The notes under the pieces: model-generated
What the model saw: the letters and a program-made list of their open reading frames with translations, nothing else
Database searches by the model: none
What the model was told of the DNA's origin: nothing
Translations under genes and position numbers: made by a program
In this document: positions 1 to 14,200 of the stretch, one piece after another
Layout: every line of letters starts with the position of its first letter
How positions within the stretch are numbered: position 1 is the first letter of the stretch
From: Cenococcum geophilum
Lineage: Eukaryota
DNA: 64,000 bases
Assembly (NCBI GenBank): GCA_050273025.1
Contig: CP158636.1
Span: forward strand, 12,152,001-12,216,000
Direction of reading: 5' to 3'

Positions 1-3000
1 TATATTATATTCTACTAAAATAGATACTACGCCGACTTATAACTATAGGAGTATTTTAGGGAGAATTTTATAGAATGGACTGCTAATACCTAGGCACTTA
101 GCAATATTAATATTGTTTAGGATTTTTAAGACTTTCTCTATAGGAATAGGGTATATATTACTAAAAACAGTAACCTAATTACTAGTAATATTTAGGCCGT
201 TATTGCTAGTATAGAAGAACTAATATAAACGGAAGTTAAGATTATACGTTAACTATAGAAACCTAAAAACAACCTATATTCTTTAGAAGGCAACTTTAAT
301 TTATATTAAAACCCCTAAAACGCTAACCCCCTACTTAAAGCTGCTCTCCTACCTAGAGGTGCTTTCCTACTTAGAGTTATTCCGCCTTTACCTCCTCTAC
401 TCTAGCTAACTGGTGAGCCTTTATTATAAGAAGTTATAAATCTAATAAAGGTATATTTAGATAAAGAGAAGAAGTTTAGAGGAAAACTATATAATATACT
501 TAAAGTAAAACTATAGGTCTTTTATAACTATTATAATAAGGTTAAAATTTAACGCTACCAGTACTATTACGCTTTCTCTATTATATTAAAAAAACGGGCG
601 GTAATATTCTATTATAAGTATATTACAGGTAAAAACTATAACTTTAATATAATGCTTTAGCTTACTAAAGCCCACTTTAAGACTAATAAGAATTGCTAAC
701 TTTATATATCTAAATAGCAGGAGACTATATTCTAAAGAGTTATTGCTTCTAACCTAATAAAGACTTATTTAGAGTGCCTTTAACTACTCTTTAATAAACT
801 TTAGAAAATCTAACGTGGCTTTACTAAAACTTACTAAAATAAGAACAGTCTAAGGGACTAGGTTATCTTAGCCTGCCGTAGCGTTTCTAAGTGCAATTTA
901 GCGCTATATAAACCTGTGGATATGTTTAAAGGAGTATATACCAAACTACGCTCTACTATAGGTACTATAATACGAATATAAGAATCTTAATAGTTTTATA
1001 CTAAAAGCCCTACCTAACTAAGCGTTCCTAACTAATATAATTATAACTAGACTAACTAAATATATAGTGGCTATAGTAGGGAATATAGTAAAGGGTATAA
1101 TTAATGTTAACTATAAGGTAATTATAGAGGTTCTTATAAAGGTTTATTTTAAAGTAATTACTAAAAGAAGTGCTATATTTATAAGAAGCTAAATTACTAG
1201 TTAACTAGACACTCCCTTAATAAGCGAAAAGAGGTATATAATAAGTTCCGTTAAAGTATAAGAAATATTAGAAATTATAAGGTTACTACGGCCTACTTTT
1301 AAAGCTTCCTAGTTTAATATAAAGGCGTAAAAGATTTTAAGGGTAAGGTTAATAAGACCGATTAGCTCCTTATAGATATAGAAATTAAGGACTACTTACC
1401 TAACCAATACTTTACTAAGTATAGTAAGGTAAATAGTATATAAACCGTCGCTATTCTTAATAACTAATCTACGCTCCATTCTATTATAAAGTTAGATATC
1501 TTTAATAAGCTAAAGAAGAGCTCCGCGTTTTCCTTTAACGATAAATACTTAGTAAATATCTTTTATGGTATTATACCGAATACTAGAGCTATAGGAGTAT
1601 CTATAGTAGGAGAACCTTAAGTTTAAGCCCTTTAGTAGCTTAATAGCTCTATTTAGATTAACTATTTAACGGTAGGCCAATATACAATTTATTTTGGCAA
1701 GGGTACTATAATCTCTTTTAGTATAATTAGGGTCCAAACCCCCTTAGGGTGCATTACTTTCCATATTATTCCTATAAATACCCTATTTCTATTTTACATT
1801 AAAAATATAGACAAATTAGGCGTTAAGCTTAATAACCTTAAGAATATACTTATTTAGGGAGATAATTAGGTGCCTGTTGTGCGTAAGTAGGGTCACCCCT
1901 AGTTACTCCTTTATTAACTAGAAAAAAGTGTTACTTAGAGCCACTTAACTAAGTTAGAATTACGCTAACTATACCGTCGTTTTAGCTACCTATCCGTTTA
2001 TTAATTACTTAGGGTTCTTTAACAAGTAGGCTATAAAGTTAAGGTTAAGGCAATTAAGCATCTTATAAAGTATTACTATTACTACTAAATAAACTAAAAG
2101 TCCCCTAGCCAATTTAAGTTTACCCTTAAGGATAACTACGACTTTAACTTCTGTATTATTATTAATATTATATATCTTAGCGGCAAGCCAGTACTCTAAG
2201 TTATTAACTTTTTAACCTCCTTCTAAGCCGCGCGTTTCTTAAAAGATATATTAGCCAGAAATATATAGGATACCCTTTAATTATGCTAAATTAATGTCTA
2301 TTTAGGACCCCCTAATTAAATTATCTATAATATAGAAAAGAACTTCTTATCTATAGAGTTCCGATAATAAATAAAGGCAATAGCAATTAAGGTTAAGGAA
2401 GTCCCCGTTAAGGCATATAATAGTATTAAAAAAGTAGAATAATATTACGCGCCATTATGCCGTGTATATAAGATTATCTCTTTAAAACTAAAGGACGCTA
2501 GTAAAGAACTTACCTTATAAATAGCTATTAAAGCTATTAATAATTCCGCTAGCCTAAATAGACTTATACCTACGTTACTAGTCTTTAGCGCCTACCCTTA
2601 AATAACTAATAATTCTCTACTATCTCCCTTTATTATATAATAAGCTAAGGCTATTCGCAAGGTAATAAAGGAGGTGTAATATCTCTATGCTATACGCTAG
2701 GTTAATAACGCACTAGGAATAAAAAATGGCCTAAATACCTTAACTACACTTAATCTACCACTCTAGTCTAAAGTACGCGTATAGTATAAAAAGGGAGGAT
2801 AGTTAGGCCCATACCAACTTATTACAATTAATAGTTAAACTTATACTATTTAGATGCCTTATAGACCCACTTAATTCCATTTAACTGTTATTAAACCCTA
2901 TTATAAAGATAATAATTCTAAGCCTTTATAGGATGCCCTAGAAGATACTTTAAAGGAAAACTACAATTAACGTGCTCTAGAAGGCGACTATAATCCTAAT

Positions 3001-5276
3001 ATAATTATAGTAAATACGCCACAACTATAACGCAGTAGAGGTCGCCCAAAGGGATTACGAAATCGCTAACATCTTATTAACTTTAAAGAACAATTTTTTG
3101 CCGCTATTAAGAATAGAGTTAAGTTATTAATGGCCTTTATAACAGCCAAGGAAAAGATTAACTTTAAGCTTATAAAACAGCTCTAAAAGGAAGGTTATAT
3201 TATAACCCTAGGAGCTCCTTTCTAAGCATTTAATAAGTAGGAGATTGATGGTCTTATTACAAGAGGAGTCTTTAAATTTAAGAAGTATAACCCTACTAAG
3301 TTTAATAGAGTTTGCATCTTTAAGTTAAGAATAGTTAATAAGATTAAGGCCAAAGCTACTAACGCCCTATTTAAGAAATTAAGGCTTATTATTTAAGGTT
3401 ATAATAATAATAGTAAGGAGGTAATTCTTATATAATCTCCTATAATTTAATAAGCTAGTTAACGAGTTATTATTACGCTAGCTTCCTCCTTAATAAAGAA
3501 TAGAATGGCGGTTTATTTATAAGATATTACTTAAGCCTACACCCAATTAGAGACGCACTTTTAGCGCTTAATATTAGCATACCTTCCGAAGTAAATTCGC
3601 CACCAGTATCCTAAAGATATAATTATAGTTATGCTTAAGCCATTATATAGAATCGCAGAGGTAGGAACTTACTAGTAGACTACCTATAGTAAGTACTATA
3701 AAGAGAAGCTTTTAATAACTACTTTTATATTTAATCCCTACTTCCTTATTATAACCACAGGAACCCTATTTAGAATTATTAGTATATAAACTAATAATAT
3801 AATTATCTTAGAAGACGACTAATTTTTAGCTCTTAAAGAGAATAAGCTAGTAAAGGCAAATCTTATAGCAAAGCTAAAGGAAAAGCTTAATTTAATAACA
3901 CTATTACTTTTTAATAGATGCATCCTCTCCTTAAATAAGGATTCTATTGCTTTACGCCAGAAGGGTTAAGGTAAAAAGATTAACGTTATTAACGTTAATT
4001 CTCTAAAGTAAGAATATATAGAGCAACGCGCTTACGGAGCTTATATTACTTCTATCTATTAACCTAAGGCTTTATTTAATCTCTCTATTGCCGCCTAATA
4101 CTAGGAACTAACTAAGGACGATATTCTTGCCCTAAATAAATATTTTTCCTAGTAAATAAACTATCTTAACTAGGGACTACACTACGTGCCTATTAATCTT
4201 CCTACCGCTAAGCTCTTTATATTTGTTAATAGATTATTTATAAATAATAAAGATTTTAGCTCCTAGCTAGGATATAAGATTATTATTACAAATAAATCTA
4301 CTAAAGAGAATAACTTTATAATCTACGGCAATCTTATCTATTAGAGCTTAACTAAGAGTAAGCGCGTTACTTAAAGCGTTCTAGCGTTAGAGATATATAA
4401 AATAGTTAGCGGAGTTAATATAGCAATTGTAATTAGAACTACCCTAAAGATAATTATAGATTAACTCGAACTTCCTATTATCCCTATAATCGTATATACC
4501 GACTTATATTCCCTCTATAAGTATTTAGTTAAGCTTAGTACTATAAAGGAGAAGCGCCTTATAATTGATATTATAGCACTTTAGCAATCCTATAAGCGTT
4601 AAGAACTCTTTAAGATTCGATAAATTAATAGCTAAGATAACCCGGTAAATATAATAATAAAGGCGAACCTAAATAAGGCACTAGAGACGTTTGTTAATAT
4701 AAATACTCTACGTATACAAGTTAAAGGTTAGGTTAAAAGGGAGTCCCTAGAAATTTCTTAGTTACGTAAGGTCTTAAGATATCTAGGAACTTTAACCGGC
4801 GGTCAAAGTTATCTAATTAGTTAGATTTTGCAGACCCTAACTTAACCTAGCTAATTAGGATTTTCCATCCCCGGGATAGAAAATCGCTATTGGCTCGCTT
4901 ACTACTAGCGCCTTGGCGGCCCTTTAAACAAGATATCTACCTATAACTCCTAAGTAAGAAAGCATTACGTGCTAAGAGGCAAACTTTTAGGATAGCGAGA
5001 CTTATATTATAATGGCAATAGTAAGTAAGGAGGATTAATATTTATTACGCTGGTCGAGCGGTATATATATATAAATGGCAACCGTAAAAGAAGAGTTGCT
5101 AGTGTTGGGAATATAGGCAAGTTGCCGTTACGTGCGGCAAGTTGCCGTCACGTATCGCCGCGGCACTAGTGTGGCGAGAAGCCTTAAGCTCTTTGCCCCC
5201 CCTAATTAATAAAGAACAACAATTATTATACTATCTATAAACCGTAGCTACGTAATATCCCCTTATATAACCAACA
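1..5276 (+). mobile_element. Ty1/Copia LTR retrotransposon, RIP-degraded; 5' end lies outside the window
   Basis: Degenerate gag zinc knuckle (~1165-1210), integrase (~1950-2700), RT (FKSRIV..IK-like ~3320; KPLYGIAEAGTHWW-like ~3635-3680) and RNase H up to ~4750, in INT-before-RT order. A purine tract precedes the 3' LTR. Stop codons throughout. Confidence 0.85.
5103..5276 (+). repeat. 3' LTR (174 bp) of the Copia element
   Basis: Bounded by the perfect inverted termini TGTTGG...CCAACA, directly after the purine-rich AAAAGAAGAG tract. Confidence 0.8.
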
Positions 5277-8200
5277 GTTACCCTAATAACTATATTACTA
5301 TACTAAGAACTATAGCGGCCGGTAAAGTAGCTGTAGGACCCTTAAATACCTCTAATAGTAAAACAGTAACTAACTTAAACTCCTAGGTGGAGCTTATAGC
5401 AGCTAATACCAAAATTTAATAACTTTAAAAGCAGCTTAAAGCTAAAGAACCCCCTATACTTAGCGAAGAGTTATTAGATACCTAAAGACTTACTATAATC
5501 CTTAAGGCCCTAGCCTAATATACAGCATTAGTATTATTGCGGTCCGCGAAGGTTATAGACCCCCTATTGCTTATAGATGGAACTAACCCTATATTTAATA
5601 ATTAGAAGCTTTAATTATAGGATAAGCTTAAAGTTAATACGGACTACTCCCCTACTACTTAGGCTAAAATGGCCTACGTCTTTAGCCGTACCGGTAGGGA
5701 TATATAGACGTACCTACGTTCGTAATACGTATAGGACTTAGTAAATCCCTTCCTCTCTAAAGAAGAGATAATTATTTACCTATCCTCTATTTATAAGGAC
5801 CTTATTAAAGTATAAAACGCCTAACTTAATTATAAAAGCCTAAATATAAAAACGATAGAGACCTTCTTGGCCTTTTAAACCCGCTTTTTACACCTAGCTA
5901 GCTAAGCTTAAATTCCCTAAGAAGATCTAATGCTAGACCTATTTAATAAGCTTACCCTAGACCTACAGCGAGCCGTATTACTAGTTTTTACTACTATATA
6001 GACGTTAAAGGAACTTATAAACTAGTGCTTAGCTATTAACTAAGGCCTTTATTAAATTAAGGCACGCGCTAAACGGTATAAAGCTAAAAACCCTTTAAAT
6101 TAGACTATAAGCAATATAAAAACGGCCCGCAACGCCCTAGTATAATTAGTAACCCCTATACAGCCTACCACTAATTTAGTAACTAGCCGTGCAGCTAGTC
6201 TTACTATAGGTCTAGCAAATGCTTAGCCTATATATAGCAACCCCCGTATATAGGCCCTTAGTAATTAAGGAGCTTGCTTTTCTTATAGTTAAAAAGGCTA
6301 CTATATAAAGAATTACCTAATAAATATAAAAGTAGACAAGGTCCTATTAATCTAGGAGGATAGCGTAGAATTGGAAAAAGAGAAACTTTAGAGGAAGACT
6401 CCTTTCTAGGGTTAAAAGGGATTAATATATTATATATTAATCTAGGTTGGCTAGTTAGTAGAAGAAGCTGCACTATCCCTTATACTTTATTCCGTAATAG
6501 ATATTAAGTTTTAACCTCTACTTTAGCTAACTTTAGAGTAAATACCTTACCTTAATAGATACCTAGTATGCTATAAAGCTAGCTAACTTTTTAAATGTAC
6601 CTATTAAAGAACTACCTAAACTAATTCCTATTTATAGGTATAATGGGTAAATAGGGCCACCTATTACAACTATCTTACGGATTTACCTCCGTATTAACGG
6701 ACGGAAGTAGTATAATATTCCCTTCCTTATTACGGACCTAGGAAGCTATAATATAATCTTAAGAAGAAAATGGCTAGCCTGTTTAGGCTTATAGCTTAAC
6801 GTACGGAGTAGGCGGCTTATCTAGCCCAAAACCCTACCCCTAACCCCTTCTTTTATAAAAGAAATCAGCATTATAATAGAAAACCTTATACGGCCCTAGA
6901 TTAATACTATTTACTAGGCAGATGCTATATATAGGGACCAGGCCTTTAAGAAAGATATATAGCTTAATTCGTAACGGATCTATATACTACGCCGCCCCTA
7001 AACTACCTATGTTCCGCTGCCCACATTAAAGACCTAGGAAGTTAGTAGTAACCTAAAAAAGCCCCCTATAAAGAGCTTAGGCCCTATATAGCTATAAAGA
7101 ATAATAAGGGATATTAGATATTATACTAAACTAATAGATTAGAGGGATAACCTACGGAAGATAGAATAGAAGCTAAAAAATATTATAAACCCTAAACCGT
7201 AAAATACGGTCTGGAAAATAGCTATAAGGAAACCAGCGGACCTCCCACTAGTTAATGTCTGCTATATTAGTGCTATAGGATTCTACTAGAACTTAGTTTA
7301 GCCTAATACCGTCGCCTTTATAATAAGCTTATATAAAATTAATTAAATAATTAAGGAAAAGGGAAGTAAGCTTAGCGCATAAGAAAGCGAGCTTATAGAT
7401 AAGGAACTAGTAGAATAAAAGCTGCCCTATTAATACCAGAAATTTAAGGATATATTTTCTAAAGCAGCATTTAATATACTTCTACCTTACTAACTATATA
7501 ACTATAAGATTGAGATTAAGCAGGGTAAGGAAAGTACCCTTAGCTTTAGCCCCCTTTATAAGCAGTTTATTACCGAATTATAGGCTATAAAGTAGTTTCT
7601 TATTAATAACCTAAATAAGGGCTTTATTAAGCCTAGCTAAGCCCCTTTTACCTTATATATTCTCTTTATTAAAAAGTGTAACAACGCTATCGCACGTTAC
7701 CTACCAAATTCTGCCATATTCTGCCGACCTGCGATTAGCCCGCCCAAAGCTAGCGCCTTAACAGCTTACCCTATATATTTATTTACATCGGTCTTAGCAA
7801 CCACTTTTCCCTTCTCTTTAGCTTAGTATCTTTATAAGATAGTATTTTATAAGCTTTGGTTCAGAAGCATTTATATAAGCCGTTATATTATACTAAGCTC
7901 ACCCTACATTACCTAGGAAGGCCTTAATAATATCCCACCCTAAAGAAACTTTGTCTGCAACAACGCATTAACGCGCTATACTTAGATACTAAAATAACTC
8001 TACATTACCTAGGAAGGCCTAGATAATATCTTACCTTATAAGCTAAATAGGACTAAACCTATACCCCCAGAATTAAAACTAAAGCGTATAATACCAACAA
8101 ACCTTAGAAAGCTAATAATGGCACCTAAAGTAAGCTTATTTAAGAGAGCTATCTCTACCTAAGAGAAACCTAAGATCCAATTAGGATCAGAAATTGAAGA

Positions 8201-11200
8201 CAATAATAACGTTGTAAACGTACGCGAGCAGATTCGCGCCCTTGTAGCTAGCTAGAAAGCTAATTGTCTTAAAGCAAGAAATATATAAAAGACCCTATAA
8301 GAGATCCTAAAAAGCCTTACAGCCCTATAAAATAGCCTAGCTTTCCCTTTTTAAAGCCTTAGCTAACCTATTTACTCTACTAAATATAATACACTAGGGA
8401 GTACGGATATAATAATAAAGTAATTAAAGTCCGTTAAGCTCCCTAACCCCCTACTATTATTTAATAGGATAAACCCTACCTTTAAGAATTAGAGGATTTA
8501 AGTATAAGGAAAGCTCCGCGTTAACTATAACTATTTTCTTTTTAAAGAAGCTAAAATGCTCTACCTCTTTAGTCGAACCACTAAAGACGCCTAACGGCAC
8601 CTTTAAGCCAAGTTTAAGGACAACTCCCCTATTTAATTTATATTTATTAATAAAATAATATAGCACCTAGCGGCTATTTATATTAACCCAAATAAAGTAT
8701 AGGATGCCCGTTATAACTATAATTGCCTAATAATAAAACCGATCTAACCCTTTACTAAATTCTAGACTTAATTCCTACACCTTATAGGAGAAGGCTAGGT
8801 TCCCCTTAAGAATTACTAATTAAACCTATACGATAAGCTAATAATCTAGCTACAAAAAAAGATTACTATAACCTTAGATAACCTACCAACCCACAAAAGA
8901 CTTACAGCTCGTTGCTTATTATTAGACTTAAAACTAAAGTAGATTAACGCCTGCCCTAATTAGCAGAAGTAAGTCCATAATAATTAGAACTCGCTAGCTA
9001 TACCTATAAAAGCTAGAGCAGGAAAATAAGTTACAACTACTATTATACTAAAGGCGGTTATAACTACGCACCAGCGAGCCTCGCCTAACTAGTTACGTAC
9101 TACACCATTAACTAATATCCGCCGCAATACTTTAATTAACCCTACCTTGGCTACGTACTTTAACTACAATAAGTAGGGTTACTTTACCTTATCCTACCCA
9201 AAGCTAAAGGATATAGGCAATATTAAGGAGATAAAGGAAGGAGAAACGTCTAATAAGTTAGGAAAAGAAGAACCCTAGGGAAAGACTCCCCCCTAGGGTA
9301 CCCTATTAATCTTAAAGAGATTAATTTTAGTTAATTAATAAGTGGAAAGCATTTTACGGTTCTATATATAGTATCTTAAAATAGATATAGAGTTAATATA
9401 ACTACCCTTATTAACACTAGAGCAAATAGCTTCGCCTTTATAAATACTGCCTATATAAATAATATTGCTAAGTTTTTAAATACAGAAGCTATCTAACTAG
9501 AGAAGCCTATCCAGATAAAAGGCTATAACGGCTAAGCCAGTCGGCCTATTACCTACGTCTTAAAGTTGCATATTGCTCTTAACGGATAACGCCAATACGG
9601 TATCCCCTGTTATATCCTAGACCTAAAATCCCATAATATAATCCTTAGATAAAAATAGATATCCTATTTTAATATTTAGTTAAATATATAATAAAGATAG
9701 TTTGTTTAGCTAGAGGATAGACTAAAGTTACCCTCCTTTATTAGGGAGATTTAAACCAACTATAAGACACTAGCTGTAAGGGCTAATCCTACTTATTAGT
9801 AGGATATCCGGGCCTATAACCTAGCCTTTATTTAAAAAGACGCCCGCCGCAAAGCTAGAAAAAACTTTATACTAATAAAGATACTCTCCTAAAGCGCTAT
9901 ATTTAAAGAGAACTCTATATATAAAAGCGGAATATATAGTAATATAAATAACGTCCTAATTATACGGATTTAACCAGTATAGAAAAGAACATATTAATAG
10001 GATATAAGAGATAACCTCTAAAAGATATAATAGGAGCTAAAAGGAGTAATAATAACGCTAGTACCCTGGAAGTCCCTAAAGTTATATACGCCCCTATTAT
10101 TAGGTAACCCCCCTACTATAAATATAGCTATAATTAGCGCTATAGCGTTCTACTTTAATATATACCGGAAGGATAATAAGGTCTTTATAATAAGCCTATA
10201 TAAGATTAACCGAATTATTAATAATAGAAAGGAAAGGCTAGCTAAGGAAGCCAATAAGGAACTAGTTAAACGCCTCCTTTTTACTATTTATATAGACTAC
10301 AAAAATGCATTCTTAAAGGCAGCCTTAAATAAGTTACCCCCCTACCAGATATATAATTATAAGATTTAATTAGAAGCTAATAACTTACTAGGCTATAGCC
10401 CCCTCTACTATTAATTAATGGATAAGCTAAAAGTAATAAAGTAGTACTTAATTAACAACCTAGATAAAGGGTTTATTAAGCCAAGTTAAGCCCCTTTTAC
10501 TTCCCCTATTTTATTTATAAAAAAGCCTAATAGAGGCCTTTATTTTTATATTAACTATTAAAAGCTAAACACTATTACTTAAAAGAACTAGTATCCTATT
10601 CCTTTAATTAACGAGACCCTTATACGTCTAAGCCAGGCAAAATTTTTTACTAAACTTAATATCCGCTAAGCTTTCCACTAAATTAGAATAAACCCTATAT
10701 CTAAAGATTTAACAACGTTCTGTACCTGTTATAGTTCCTATAAATATAAAGTTCTTCCTTTTAGACTAATAAACGGACCGGCTACGTACTAAAGGTATAT
10801 AAATAACGTTCTTTTTAATTACCTTAATAAATTCTACATAGTATACCTAGACGACATTCTTATATACTTAAACAACAAACTTAAGTATTAAGTTTATATT
10901 AAGAAGGTCCTAAAAAGACTATAAAACGCGGGCTTATACGTTAATATTAAGAAATGCGAGTTTAGGGTAAAACGTATAAAATACCTTAGGTTTATTATAA
11001 CTATAGAAGGAATTAAGGTCAACCCTAAAAAGGTAAAGGTAATCTATAACTAAAAGCCCCCTTATACAATAAAAGGAATCCAATTCTTTCTTAGTTTTTA
11101 TAACTTTTACTACCAATTTAGCCATAACTATAAAATTATAGCAAAACCTCTTATATAACTAACTAGGAAGGACACGCCTTTTATCTTTAATAATAGCTAT

Positions 11201-14200
11201 ATAGAAGCCTTTAAAGAGATAAAGGATTGGCTTATCTCTTTTCTAATTCTTTATTACTATAACCTAGACCTTAAATTAATACTAAAAACGGATGCCTCTA
11301 ATAGGGTTATAGCGGGAATCCTATTATAGTTATATCTAGATAGTAAATAGTACCCTATAGCTTTCTTCTTAAAAATAATAGACCTAGCTAAGTATAACTA
11401 TAAAGTACACGATAAAGAAATACTAACTATTATTTAATTAATCTCCTAATAGCGCGTAAAGCTTAAAGGTATAAACTCCTAGATTAAGATATATATAGAT
11501 TATAAAGCTCTAGAGTACTTTATAACTATAAAGTAGCTTACTAAATAATAAGCCTAATAAGCTAAAATACTCTCTTAATTCTTCTTTACGATTATATATT
11601 ATTCTAGTAAGTAAAACTCTAAGGCTAATACTCTAACCTAAAGAGAATAAGATATAAGACCCTAGAATAAGCTAAAGACCCAATATTAGACGCGCGCCCT
11701 CTTTTATCTAAAACAGCTTAACCTACGGATCCTTAAGGAGCTAGACTCCTAGTAAAACAAGCTAGCACTAATAAAGGAGTCCTTAGATAAGCTAATAGGG
11801 CTAATTAACTGCCTCCTAACTATAAACCGTACGGCTAACGCCTTAAGGGCCCTCCATAAATAAGCCGTAAAAGAAACCCCTAATTTTAAAATAGAGGAAG
11901 GATTACTCTTATACTAGGAGCGGCTTATAGTCCCTAATATTAATAATCTATAAACTAAACTAATCCGCAAAGCTTATTACTAAGTCTCTATAGCACACCC
12001 TAGCAAGAATAAGACCTATAAAATTATTAACTACCACTACTACTAGCCGAGAATAGTTATAGATATTAATTGATATATATAGAACTACAAAGACTGCTAA
12101 AAAGCTATAATCCCACAAAATAAGACCCTAAGACTACTTAAGCCACTCCCAATACTAGAGCACCCTTAGCAGTATATCTCTATAGACTTCTATAAACTAC
12201 TAACGGACCGTAACGGATATAATATAGTTATAATTATAGTTAACCGCTTTAGTAAACGCCCGTTCTTAATTCCTTATTATAAAAACATTAATGCTAAAGA
12301 GGTAGCCTAGCTATATATCTATTACGTCTACCAAATCTACAGACTACTAGATACTATTATATCTAATTATAGGCTATAGTTTATATCAGCCTTCTAGAAT
12401 AAGTTTACCCGGATCTTAGGCATTAAGCTAAAGCTTTCTACGGCTTATTACCCCTAGATAGACGGTTAGACAGAGATTATAAATCAGTACCTAGACTAAA
12501 GGCTTAGGCCCTTTATTAACTATTTCTAGAACAACTGGTTTAAACTACTACCCTTAATAGACTACGCGTAAGCAACCCTACCCCATAACTCTACAGGGTT
12601 TGCCCCGATTTAGCTAGAAATAGAATACTTACCCTATATAAGCTTTAACTGGAAAAGGCTAGAAGAACCCTAGACTATATAAGAGAAGCTATCCTATACT
12701 AAGGCCTAATAGTACGCCAAACGATTAGAGGAAGCCTAGATAGTAGCCCGTAAGAACCTAAAAAAAGCTTAGAGGTTAATAGAACAGCAGGTAAATAAAT
12801 ACTGTTAAGAGCCTAATTTTGCCCCTAACGATATAGTCTAGGTTATAATAAGGAATTGGAAGACTAAATAACCTAGCTATAAGCTAGACTACTAGATAGC
12901 AGGACCATATAAGGTTTTTAAGAAAATAGGCAACTCGTATAAGATAAAGCTCCTAGATTTAATTAGGGTTTACTCTATTTTCTTACTAGATAAGTTACGA
13001 AAAGCTATAAACGACCTATTACCTAGATAAAAGAACGAGCCTCCCCTACTAGTTTAAGTAAACGGTAATAATAAATAGGAGGTTAATAAAATACTAGCCT
13101 ATAAGATAGTACGGGGAACGCTAAAATACTATATCTAATAAAAGGGCTACAATTCTAACCCAATATAGTACTCTACGTGGAACTTTATAGGCTACCCCTA
13201 AAAGCTTAAAGAATTTTATAACTAATACCCTAATGCGCCTAGACCCCTAAAGTACCTAGACAAATAAATAGAATACTAGTATAATAAAGACGATAAGTTA
13301 CCGGAAGAATATAGGGATAAAAACGCCTTAAAGCCCTAATATAGCTATCTGCCAAATTCTGCTATATTCTGCCGTTTTTCTACTAGTACCGTAAAAGTTT
13401 AGATATTTAGGAACTTTGACTGCCGGTTAAAGTTACCTAATTAGTTAAATCCGTGCCAAGACTTTTAGCAGCTACTCTTTCTGGCCTAGTGCTTCCACTT
13501 AGCCCACAATCGCCCTTTATACTTAGTCTAGACGTACTTATATCCCCTTTATCTCCTTATCTTATATTTTATAATCCTACGTTTATAAGCCTAGTACTAC
13601 CCTATTTCTAACCAAGCCTAAAGGCAGGCTTTTCTTTTAAAGAGGGGGGTAATGTAACGGCGCTATCGCACGTTACCTGCCAAATTCTACCATATTCTGC
13701 CAACTTATAATTAGCCCGCCTAAAGCTAGCGCCTTAGCGGCTCACCCTATATATTTATTTACATCGGTCCTAGCGACCCCTTTTCCCTTAGCTTAGTATC
13801 TTTATAAGATAGCATTCTACAAGCTTTGGTTTAGGAGTATTTATACAAGCCGTTACAAAAAGCTAAATAAAGGACTCTGCTTTTATATTAACTACTATAA
13901 GCTAAATAATATAACCCATAGGACCGCTATCCGCTACCCCTACTTAATAAAACTCTAGCCTAAATAAGTGGAGCTAAGGTCTTTATAAAGCTTAATATCC
14001 GCTAGGCCTTCTACTAAATTAAAATAAACCCTAGGTTTAAAGATCTTACTATATTTTAGACCTATTATAGAATATATAAATATAAGGTACTCCCTTTTAA
14101 ACCAACTAATAGACTAGTTATGTACTAGCGGTATATAAATAATATACTCTTTAACTACCTTAACAGCTTCTATACGGCCTATTTAGATAATATTATAATC

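Noticed and set aside
6258..11125. Short ORFs in the AT-rich region (6258, 8457, 10934; also 36819, 39072, 39353, 43875)
   Set aside because: Chance or residual open frames within RIP-degraded retrotransposons.
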